Source: Minutocellus sp. GHC0000111 (taxonomy: Eukaryota). From it: a stretch of DNA of 64,000 nt. The DNA lies in contig OZ361259.1 in the NCBI GenBank assembly GCA_977018835.1, positions 1,736,001 through 1,800,000 of the forward strand. The letters run 5' to 3'. The notes beneath the pieces were generated by a model. It was not told the DNA's origin. It saw only the letters and a program-made list of their open reading frames with translations, and ran no database searches. A program made the translations under genes and the position numbers. Positions 50,501 through 60,597 of this stretch are shown in pieces. How positions within the stretch are numbered: the first letter of the stretch is position 1; each line of letters opens with the position of its first letter.

Positions 50501-53500
50501 TCCACACTCAGTCGTATCTCAATAGCAGCCAGCCATCCTATCTGCTCCAGCGGCAGCCATGGCTCAAGCCTTCCGAATTGAAGCCAGTGCACGAAAGCAG
50601 GGACAAGGCAAATGCGCCAGTTTCTCCTTCGCACAACCTTGGCATAACGTTTGGCGACACCGTCCATCTCAACGAGTTGCCGGTCGAAGTTTTTGGTCCT
50701 CGAGATGAAGCGACCTCGGTTCAGCTCTGTTCTGCGGATGAGGAACCTGCTTCAGTTGTCATTGTTGGGAAGGACGCTGTTGTCAAGGCGACTAGGAAAA
50801 GTATGCCAGGTGATGGTGCGGTCTCCAATGATAATTTGGACGAGGCGACGATTGCCTGGTGTTGGCATCGGGCGGATATCCGTTCTCTTACTCTCAACAA
50901 CGAAGCGACATGTGCCGATCTGGCGCTGAAGCGAAGGTCTAGGCTCTCTCTGTCGTTTGATTCTCCCGAGGACTGTATGTTGTTCGCTCAAGCCTTTTAC
51001 AAGCTCAAGGTCCAAGCCCCTACTGATGACAACGAAACGGCTGATGCCGAAGCTGAGTGTGATATAGATATCGAGAGCGAGGCTGACGTGGTCGCCTCAA
51101 CTGAGATTGAGAGTAATGCCAAGGAAGAATCCTCTTCGTCTGCAGACCCTCCATCGGATGAAGTCGCATCTCGACAGACAAACAAGGAAGATCCTCCGGA
51201 AGAGCTTCAGAGTGACGAGAGCGACAAGGCTGCGCCATTACCCGTTTCCTCCACTGCCGCTGCCTCCCAACCAGGCGGACGCGTATTGACAGAGGAAGAA
51301 GAGTTCGTCCTCAAGCAATACCACGAGGGTGTCATTACTGCCAGCTCAGTTGCTGCATCGTGTGCTGTCCCTTCAGAAGGAGAGGCCTCATCATCTCCGT
51401 TAGCGCCTAACAGCAACTCCAACTCAAATTCATCTTCAGGCTCCGTCGATCCAAGAGCAGCGCTCCTTGCCGCCATCAAGGGAGGAAACTGCGGCGAAAA
51501 AAACCAAGATGGCCAAGTTTGACAAGCTGAGCGAGGAGGATGAAAAGATTGCCACAAAATATCGCAAGATGCTGTCAATGGGTGTCCCTCCACCGGCGGT
51601 TGAGCATGCGATGAAACGTGACCAAGTCAGTGACAAGATTGTCAATATCATCCTTAACAGCGGCGAGGCTCCCAAAAGTCCTTCGCTAGAAGAGATTGGT
51701 GAGTCTACCCCATCAACCGACGGCACGTCCAATCTCACCGAGGAGGAGCAGGAAGTAGCAGCCAAATACCAAAAGATGCTCAAGGTATCCATCCCACGAG
51801 AGGCTGTCCGGCACAAAATGCTCCGTGATTCCATCAGTGAGAAGATTCGCGTTGCCGTACTCGGTCCCGACGCCGACAAGGCAAGCAAATCTTCGGGTCT
51901 CACATTATCACCAGCAGACGAGCAGATTGCAGCGCAGTATCGCAAGATGATCAGAATATCGATACCTCGAGATGCTGTCCGGAATAAGATGATGAGGGAC
52001 AATGTTGGCGTCAAGATCATTGAGGCTGTGCTTGGCAAGGGCGCTACCGCCAAGGCCGCAAATGATGTCGTATCGATTGTTCTTACCAAGGAGGAGGAGG
52101 CGGTCGCTGCTCAGTATCGCAAGATGATTCGATTCAACATTCCCAAGGATGCAGTTCGTCGCAAGATGATGAAGGACAACGTCGACGCTCGCATCATCAT
52201 CGCCGTCGTCGGCGACGACGAGGGTCCTGCAACGGCCAAGAAGAAGAAAAAGAGCAACAATATGGTTGCGTTGCATTGGACTCCTCTTTCCCCTTCTGCG
52301 CTTGAAAATAGCATATGGCGAACAACCAAAAAGCGAAAACTAACAGCTACAACGATCCATGACGGAAGCGATGAGAAGAAGCTGGAGGAGTTGTTTCAGA
52401 AGAAGACGACCAAGGCTGGTACCAAGGGACCAGGCGATGCAGCCGCCGAGGGAGATGGCAAGGCCATGGCCAAGCTCATCGATCTCAACCGCGCTAACAT
52501 CATTGCCATCTCGCTCAAGGCCTTCCAGGACTTTAGCCACAAGGAACTCGCTGATACCATTGCCAATCTCGACCCCAATACCAAGATTGTCGGTGAGAGG
52601 GTTCAATTTCTCACCGGTCTCCTCCCGAATCAGACCGAGGTCGCTGCCGTCAAGAGCTACAAGGGCTCCGATGACCGACTCGTTCCCGCCGAACTTTTCT
52701 TCAAGCAATTGCTGTCCGTTCCCGGATTACAGACCAAGGTCCACGTGATTCAAACTATGGCCACCTTCAGCGATAGTGCCAAGGAGACAGGTTGCAAGTT
52801 CCAACTTCTCAAATCTGTCTGCTCCCAGGTTATGGAGAGTACCAAGCTTCAACAGGTACTCGAGATGGTGCTTCATATCGGCAATCTGATGAATGAGGGC
52901 ACCCGTACCGGCGATATTGACGGGTTCAAGTTCGATTCTCTCCTCAAGCTCACCCAGACCAAAAGTCAGGATGGCAAGCTCACCGTCCTTGATTATATCG
53001 TTGCAACTTTCATCGAGAAGAACGATCGCTCTGTTCTTGACATCGGTTCGGACTATCCCGAATGTGAAACTGCCGGCCGTATTCTCATATCGGATCTTGT
53101 TAGTGATGCCCGCGGTCTTCGCATGGGCCTTAACAAGTGTCGTACCGAGCTCACCGAAATGAAGAAGAATCAGTCAACGAAGCCGGTCACTCGAAGCCAG
53201 GCTTGCAAGTTTGCCGAGACACCCAGTAAGCCACCTCTTGACCCTCGTGCCGGACTTTTCGCGGCCATCAAGGCAAGGGGTACTGAGGATGACGAGGATG
53301 CATCTGAGAAGCCTCCGGTAGATCCTCGCGCGGCCATGCTTGCAGCCATCAAATCACGTGGGGGCGGAGATGATGGCAAGGCTAAGCCGAACGACGAGAG
53401 CAACGAGCCGAAACAAGACTTCTCTCCTGGCGTCCTTCGGCTGGAATCCTTCCTGGCCGATGCGACGTCTGAGCTCGAGGCCCTGGATAAAAGAAAGACC

Positions 53501-54358
53501 TCTGCCGTGCAAGCCTGCAAGGACTTGTCTCTTTACTTCGGTGAGGGTGGTAGCGAGAAGTCAGCCGCGCCACTTTTGTCCGTTCTATCTACATTTTGCA
53601 AGAGCATTGATGATGCCGTCAAGGGATACGAGAAGAGGAAAGTATTGGAAGAGAAGAAGAAGGCCGCCGCCGAGAAAGAGGCTGCGGCCAAGGGCAAGAC
53701 ACCCAGCAAGCCTGCAGTGGCATCCAAAATATCATTTGTCATCGGTGATTCCAAGCGAAAAGAGATTGATCCTGATGATAGAAAGGAAGATTCTTCCAAG
53801 CCCGATAATGACACCAACGCCAAGTGCGAGTCGTCTCAGATCGAGTCTAACCAATCCGCGTTGTCGACTGACTCATTGGATACAGATGTCGATGTCGAGG
53901 CGCCGGTAGATTCCAAGCCAAGTGTGAAAAATGGCAAATCCCTCGTTCTCATGGTGAACGAGATGCTGCAGGCAGCGTCGCCGAGAACTAGGAGAGAATT
54001 CCAAAAAGGCAGAACCTATAAACACCCGCATACTCGTCAACTCAAGGAGATTTATCAGAAGGAAGAGCAACTGCAAACCGAAGAGGAAAGTGCGGGAGAA
54101 GCTTGTACACCGGCACCGACCACTCCACAGCATATGGCCGACCCTAGGGCAGCCATGCTCTCTGCGATACAAAGTAGGATGGTCGACCTGGATTCTCCAC
54201 AAGCCGAGTCGAAGCCTCCTGCTACCGATGCCAGAGCAGCCATGCTATCAGCAATAAAGAGCCGTCAAGTCGTCTCAGAATCTCCTGAACCTGAAAGTAA
54301 GCCGATGGATCCACGAGAAGCCATGCTATCAGCCATCAAGTCACGAAAAACTGAGTAG
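47551..54358 (+). CDS. Large formin (FH2 domain) with repeated accessory motifs; four apparent frameshifts; intron 49251-49365
   Basis: FH2 motifs MVALHWTPL...NSIW, LIDLNRANIIAISLK, LVPAELFF, LHIGNLMNEG, GFKFDSLLKLTQTKS and TVLDYIV. Consecutive ORFs are joined by 1-nt shifts at ~47618, ~48221, 49091-49096 (T6) and 51497-51503 (A7). Whether the upstream ORFs belong to this gene is inferred. Confidence 0.85.
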
Positions 54359-54417
54359 GGACATAATTTTAGTGTTTTTAATTCCATGTTATCTTTCTAC
54401 TATTCATGACCCCAGGC

Positions 54418-54883
54418 TCATGGGGTGAAAACAATCTCGTAAACACAGTTTACATTGTCGCCAAAAATTCGATGACTCGGAGCAGTCCGTGCAACCTACC
54501 TCTCCAAACTTACCGTAGTTATTGCCGCAGTGACACTCCCCCCAGAACTGCAAGCCAAAGTAGGCAAATCCCTTAAGTCTACATCCGTGATAGCACGAGG
54601 TGTGGTCGTACTCCGCCGCCCCCAGCATCACGGGCAGATCCCTGTTCGTCGGATATTTGTCCTTGTAGCAGCCCATGAATGTATATCCTTCGTCGGCCAG
54701 GGCCAGTGCCACCTGTTCCGCGGGTTGATTCGATGGTCTTGTGAAGTAAACAACAGCCAGGCCGACGGCCAATCCCATTAGTATCGCAAATGTGACAATG
54801 GTGCTGCAAATCAATTGTTTCTGCCTTTTCCGGAACGTCCCATGAGGCGGCGTTATCTCACTGACTACGCTTTCAGGGTCGAT
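54418..54883 (-). CDS. 3' exon of a TM plus WSC-domain protein; 5' exon not found
   Basis: TM helix IVTFAILMGLAVGLAVVYF; WSC motif YTFMGCYKD...RDL...SCYHGCRLKGFAYFGLQFWGECHCGN. Removing one base from the A5 run at 54463-54467 gives the WSC end GDNVNCVY. Acceptor ttcaaacag. Confidence 0.75.
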
Positions 54884-55056
54884 CTGTTTGAATAGGACGA
54901 AATGTTTTTTCACACGGTATGCATGCATTATATTTATAATGCATGCATCATAAAAGTATTGCTATGTTTTTTTAGGTTATGAACGTTATGATGTGATGAC
55001 AGCTTAGCACTGACTGATGCATTTTGTTTTTATATTATATTATCGCTTCCATGCAG

Positions 55057-55759
55057 TCGACTTCTGGTATCACAACAGCCTCACCACGATGGCCGGAAGC
55101 TTCGACAGCCTCGAAACGGCCGGTTGGTCCTTGGAGATCGGCGGCTCGGCGGCAATCCCGTCCTTGCCGAGATTCCTGCCTTCCACTCCCTGACAACCAT
55201 TTCCAGCAGTCTCTACATTATGGACAATCCCGAGCTAACCCAAATCAAAGGTTTCAACAACCTCCAGCATATCGATTGGTCCATCGGTATCCTTGACAAT
55301 ACCAACCTGGACTGCATTTCTGGTATGGACAACTACTGGAACGGAAACAACGGAGGGACCGTCAACAACGGCTACATTGATGTCCTGCGCAATGGAAAGG
55401 TCCCTGCCGTCGATGTCGACCCAAGTGGTGACAAGCCTGGCGGCTTCAATACTTTGGCCACACACACCCTGAAATGTGATTTAGCTCCTCAAAAGGTGGA
55501 TCCCCCCATGGATGTCTGCCCAGCTCCTACGCCAGCTCCAACGCAAGCTCCTACATCGATTGTTGGCCAGCCTTGTTCGATTAACACCGATTGCTCCCCC
55601 CTCAACGGCATCATCTGTAGCAACGGAAACCCCAACACTAGGACCTGCATCTTGGACCAGCCAGAACCATGCGTTGGTTCCGCCATATCGTGCAAGAAGG
55701 ATAATCAGTGCTGCACCGGAATCTGTGCGGGGCAAGGCAATGCTAAGACCTGCGTCTAA
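55057..55759 (+). CDS. 3' exon of a receptor-L-domain-like surface protein with PT linker and Cys-rich tail; 5' exon not found
   Basis: Repeats FDSLETAGWSLEI / FHSLTTISSSLYIMDNPEL / FNNLQHIDWSIGILDNTNL, then PAPTPAPTQAPT and C-x5-CC-x3-C modules. Acceptor ccatgcag at 55056; frameshift ~55145. Confidence 0.7.
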
Positions 55760-56506
55760 CCTTCGCCCTTCCGCATCGTGTCAAATTGAATAAGTGCACT
55801 ATATCGATCCTCTACAAGTCTACAATTGCATTTCGTCTTGCTTTGAAAAAAAAATAACAAATTAAAATAATCGCCATAGCGAATTTATAACGCGATCATA
55901 TTATATGTTGAATTTATTAATTGGCCAATCCATTCTATCTCCACCATGCATTTACACTTACTGATCTCGACAAGCTCCTTACATGATGCCACCATTTTGC
56001 CGGAATGTACAACGCATCGCCAGGATGTAGTACGCACTCAATCGGCGGCGGACACTTGGCAAACATCAAGCATGCTAGGCGCATCTACCAGAAACGTGCG
56101 ATACTCGAAGACGACGGCCGTGGCACCGTCAGTGTACGCCGTCTACATGGACCTGGCGTAGTTACGGGCGCCGTGCAGGGCGTCAAGGACAAGGTGATTA
56201 GCCCCATCACGAGGAGGCTGAGTGACCAGAATGACGAAGAAGACTTTACTAATGAAAATGAATCTCGAGATGTGAGCAAGGCCGACAATATCGCTGCCAA
56301 TTAGTGCTTACTTAGCAACATATGATAATGTGATTTGTCGGATGTGTTGAATCTGCGGCGATGAAAATAGATGCATTGCCAAAACTATAGATGATTTTAT
56401 GTAGTGAATAATTGATAAGCATTGTACTAGTTAACTCTTGATTAGACACATTGTTTACTAGGGTATCGTACAGGTTTTGCTCCTTTTTTTGCCGACATGA
56501 TCCTGG

Positions 56507-56770
56507 TTACAGCTCACTGGAATCTTTGCCACCACCAAAGTAACGCTCATACAGCTGGTCACTTAGCTGAAACAGCAGGACAAACGCAAATATCACCATA
56601 CAAACTGCCACATAAAAGAAGGGGTTCTCCTGAGGCGGAGTTGCTGGATCCAACGCCCTCTTTGATCTGCGCCCTTGTGTTGTTGGTTCTGCGGGAGTGT
56701 CCGTGGGAGCTGCCGACGACTTGTTGGAAGCCGATGCTGCCTTGGCTGGATTCTTCGATGTCTTTCCCAT
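56507..56770 (-). CDS. Small single-pass membrane protein (87 aa)
   Basis: ATG start, basic N-terminus, TM FFYVAVCMVIFAFVLLF, C-terminal SSEL. Divergent from the DUF1764 gene. Confidence 0.6.
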   Translation of the reverse strand: MGKTSKNPAKAASASNKSSAAPTDTPAEPTTQGRRSKRALDPATPPQENPFFYVAVCMVIFAFVLLFQLSDQLYERYFGGGKDSSEL

Positions 56771-57263
56771 TTTTGCGGTTTCTTTGCCTGGTTCAACTTT
56801 TCAGTTGGTCGGTTTTTCTTATTCTTTGTCCTACTACTTTCAGAAGTTCTCTGGCGCTCGCTGACACCCGCCAAAAGAAACAAATAAGAAACCCTTTCAG
56901 TGTGGGGATAAGGATATCGATGACAAAGAATCTCTGTATACGGCCCGGCCACCCTTACGCCACACGTCGTGGTTAGCGCTTGCTCGCTAGCCTGGTCGTG
57001 GGGATGATGTCTTCGCTCGACTTGCTTGTGCCTGCAGTCCAACGCCCGCGTCTCGGCCTGACAGCAGCAGTACCACCATAGCAGGCAGCGCGCGCGCATG
57101 AGCAGAGCAGCAGCAGGCAGCAGCGCAGCTCACCGCACCAACCTTGCTTGTTGCCCTCGCAATTAATTGGTCTGTCCACCCATCCGATTTCAGCCACGGC
57201 CATCAAAAATTCACAAGTCTTTTTTGCAAAAATGAGCTGCAAGGACCACAGAGCTACTGCAAG

Positions 57264-57875
57264 ATGGGCAAAACTGATGCAAAGAAGGCACACGCCGCAG
57301 CCTCCAGCAGCAGCAAGCACACTGTTGGTGCTGGCATGAAGCGCCCTCGTGACAGTGGCCCAAAAAACGGTATGAAGATGACCAGGACAAAAGATCAAAG
57401 TAGCAAAGACCAACCAACCTCGAAGAACTGCAAGAAGACCGGTCTGGACGAGATTGACGACCTGTTCGCTGCCAAGAAGACGGCCGACAAGGCGCAGCAC
57501 ATTCAAGATGAAAAGGATGAGAAGGAGCGCAAGAAGCGCCGGCGGGAGCGTCGTGCCGAGGAGGCTGCGCTGGCCCTCGGTGGTTCAGTGGCAGCGGCCG
57601 CGAGTGCGGGTGGATCGACGGCATCAGCGGCTCCATCCCATCTTCGTTCCAAGGCCAAATCGGTGTCGTCCTTGTCGTATACTCGTGATGATGCCGTTGC
57701 TTTGGATAAGGGGGAGTGGGTCAACGATGGATTGGGCGGTATCTTTGATAGTGAGGGATTTACCGGACGCAAGCAGGAGGGTACTGGCAAAATCTACAAG
57801 GCCCATCTTTTCAACAAGAAGGGATTCGGTACTACTCCAGACTGTCCGTTCGATTGCGATTGCTGCTATATCTAA
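57264..57875 (+). CDS. DUF1764-family eukaryotic conserved protein
   Basis: EIDDLFAAKK, DGLGG, RKQEGTGKIY and terminal GTTPDCPFDCDCCY signature. Confidence 0.88.
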   Translation: MGKTDAKKAHAAASSSSKHTVGAGMKRPRDSGPKNGMKMTRTKDQSSKDQPTSKNCKKTGLDEIDDLFAAKKTADKAQHIQDEKDEKERKKRRRERRAEEAALALGGSVAAAASAGGSTASAAPSHLRSKAKSVSSLSYTRDDAVALDKGEWVNDGLGGIFDSEGFTGRKQEGTGKIYKAHLFNKKGFGTTPDCPFDCDCCYI

Positions 57876-58202
57876 ATAAAAATGTTGGTGCGAAGATTGT
57901 ATGTATGATTTTGCCGGATGATAATATAATGTTTTACGTTGTTGAAAATAGTGAGACGCGCATATGATAAGATACCCTTTGTTGATTCTATACTTTCATC
58001 TTCTTTTACATGATACTGGTAAATTATCACTTGTTGCTGATTGCCACTTAATACTGTATTATCTACGGCATGTAGTCTCGTGGCTTATCCTGAATATTAC
58101 TTACAACTCCTCGATGCCTTGCAGTTCGCCCAAGTCGAAATCAAATGAGTCTAGATCAATCGAGGCGGGAATTGGTCTTGAATCGCCCGGCCCTACAGAC
58201 GA

Positions 58203-59922
58203 CTATGGGTTTGCCGTTGTGTTCGTCGAAAGAGGCTGGCTTCGGCTTGTGAGGGAAGCCGCCATAAGGGCCCTAGGTTTGCCAGATGGGCCGTCTCCTG
58301 TCTCGGCAGAGCTCGAACTTCTGCTGCTTGCAAGAGAGCTGGCCTTGAGGAGCTGAGAATTGAAGTTGGTGAGGACTTGGGACCTTGCAAAGTCTGCCTC
58401 CGCGTTGCCTGAAGATGGTATTGATTGTCCAGCGGCAGCTCTTTTGAGATCGTCCACAGTGATCATGTCATCTGCGGTCGATGGAAGTCTCTGTTTTTCG
58501 GGAATAGATGCTCGTTGTGACGATGTCGACAAGACCTGATGATGAGAATGAAGAGAAGTGTCGGTTTGCTGAGGTGGCTGCTTAGATGCAGCAGTTGCAA
58601 CAAGCTTCTTGCTTTTTTTTGCTTCGCTATCCATGTAGCGAAGAGACTCGACGACGGAGTAGTCAGCAATGAATTGCTCAAAGTCCAGTCTCAAATCCCC
58701 TCCAATGTCTACCGGGAGTCTGGATCGAGGGATTCCATAGGTGGCGAGTTGATCCATTAGCTCCTCGTCGGTAGTACTGGTTGGGTAGAGCTTCCATCGT
58801 AATCGCATGTCTCTTCCGATAACACCCTTGAGGAGGGGGTATATTCCATAGTAGAGGACGTTGCTGGGATGAGCAATGTGACACGATCGCATCTTGATGG
58901 GCATCACGGTGCTGTATAGACCCTTGAGGTACTGCGCCGTCTCCCATGCGAAGTTGGATTGGTTCTGATTCTTGCCCGTCGCAATTGCGACCCATCCCCT
59001 TCTCCGAGAGGTGGGATCGAGCGTCATGGTATGGACAAGGTAGAACATCCCACGGTGCTATATACATATACATAAAGGAAGATCAGATTATGCAATAAAA
59101 GTGAGATATAAGCTTGGTACGATTTACCATAACAGCACATTCATCACTAACAATAAGACATCAAATTCGGACTGTAATACGTACCTCCTGCTCTAGAGTG
59201 CACACCTCGGGATTTCTCCGTCCACTGTCCCAGAAGGTCATTTGCCTCCCGTAGGCATCGGGCTTTGGAAGTCTTTCCATGGGACAGTATCGGATCATGG
59301 CATCCACGTCCTCGCGCATGGCCCCATCGAGCGTCATGGGCAAGTAGGCCAGGGTGTCGCCAAAGGTTGCAACTCGCACGGACCAGTACGTGCACAATCT
59401 GAGGGCGGCTGCGGAGGCATCGAGCTGATCAGTCTCGAGGAAGGCAGCTTTGCGCTCATCGGCGACCTCGTTGGGACAACGGACGCAGGCCTCGAGGTAG
59501 TACCGCTTGTTTTCAGGAGGGAGGGCGAGAAGGGCCACTTCCAGCGCGGCGAGATCGGTGGATGTGGCGATTGGATCCTCGTGAATTTGAGCATTTGTAG
59601 AAGTACTGGTCGACGTCACCTTGTTGGCGTCAAATGTTGGTTTTTCCTGGCCTTGACCTTGTAGAGTCATTTGGTTCATTCCCGTCGACAGTCCCATGAG
59701 GTCGCGCTCGGCGTCCAAGATCTCGTCGACGGTGAGAGATTCGATCTCGGCCTGCTCCTTTTCGATGGAAAATGCCTCTGTTGGCTTAGATGGAACAGTG
59801 TTGGAGGCAGCAGGAGGTTGTGCTGGCGCGGCGAAGCCGTTTAAGGCCGGAAGTAACGGCTCAGCTGTCTCATCCTCAGGGTCAACGATTGCACTGGTCT
59901 TGGAGACGGGAAACGAGGACAT
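58203..59922 (-). CDS. CRAL-TRIO-like protein, paralog D, lacking the C-terminal domain; exons 59922-59185 and 59057-58203
   Basis: KRYYLEACVRCPNEV, AALRLCTYWSVRVATFG...YLPMTLDGAMREDV, DAYGRQM, MPIKMRSCHIAHP, GIPRSRLPVDIGGDL. Same phase-0 intron position as paralogs A-C. Confidence 0.85.
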
Positions 59923-60597
59923 GGTGGGCTTGTCTTTGGCTGCCTTGAAGTTGAAATTTGATATGATGATATGACCAGCTGAGCTGACGATACAGTCAGA
60001 ATAGGGCGCAAAGGGAGGATTCAAAGGCAAAGGGAAATGTTGTCCTCGCAAAAGAGGGGCTGGTAAAAGAGATGATATTGTGTGCAATCAGGTTCTTGCT
60101 GGCAACAGGAATGCAAATAGGCGAAATGTGAACGAAGTAACAGTGCCAGATGGTGCGACGCGGAGCGCTAATATATCTTTGGGTCGCCTGTCGCGAGATG
60201 CGGCCCCATGCGTCCACGTTCTTCGCTTCGCTCGAACATCAAGGAAAGAAAACACATCGACGGGATTAGCATTCACTATTTGTTTTTCCGAACAAAGGAC
60301 CATCACTTGTTCCGAAACGGACTTTCATCTGCGTCATGTTGCAGAAAGCCAAGTGAAAGATACGACGCAACGAAAGCAAAAACTTTTTGGCATCTGTCTT
60401 CCATCCGTGTTGACAAAAGGTGCAAAAATTCCCAAGTTTACCCGCAGGGCAAACTTTACCCGCGGAAAGAAAAAGAGGAGAAAGAAGGAAAAAGAAGGAA
60501 AAGGGAGCGAAATGATAAAAGCATCTCTGCTCGGCGAGTCTACATGTCACTACCGGTAACTTCATGTTTACTACATGTGTTGGTAATGAATGATTAC

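Noticed and set aside
49091..51503. Programmed ribosomal frameshifting in the formin
   Set aside because: The shifts are in mixed directions, lie mostly in homopolymers and have no evident stimulatory structure. Indel error or mutation is simpler.
56005..56304. 99-aa ORF
   Set aside because: Coding-like 3' half, but no identifiable family or gene structure.
11192..58205. Stop-codon reassignment (alternative genetic code) as the explanation for in-frame stops
   Set aside because: The stops are of all three types and replace different residues (Trp, Ser, Gln, probably Tyr). TAA, TAG and TGA all also end genes normally here.
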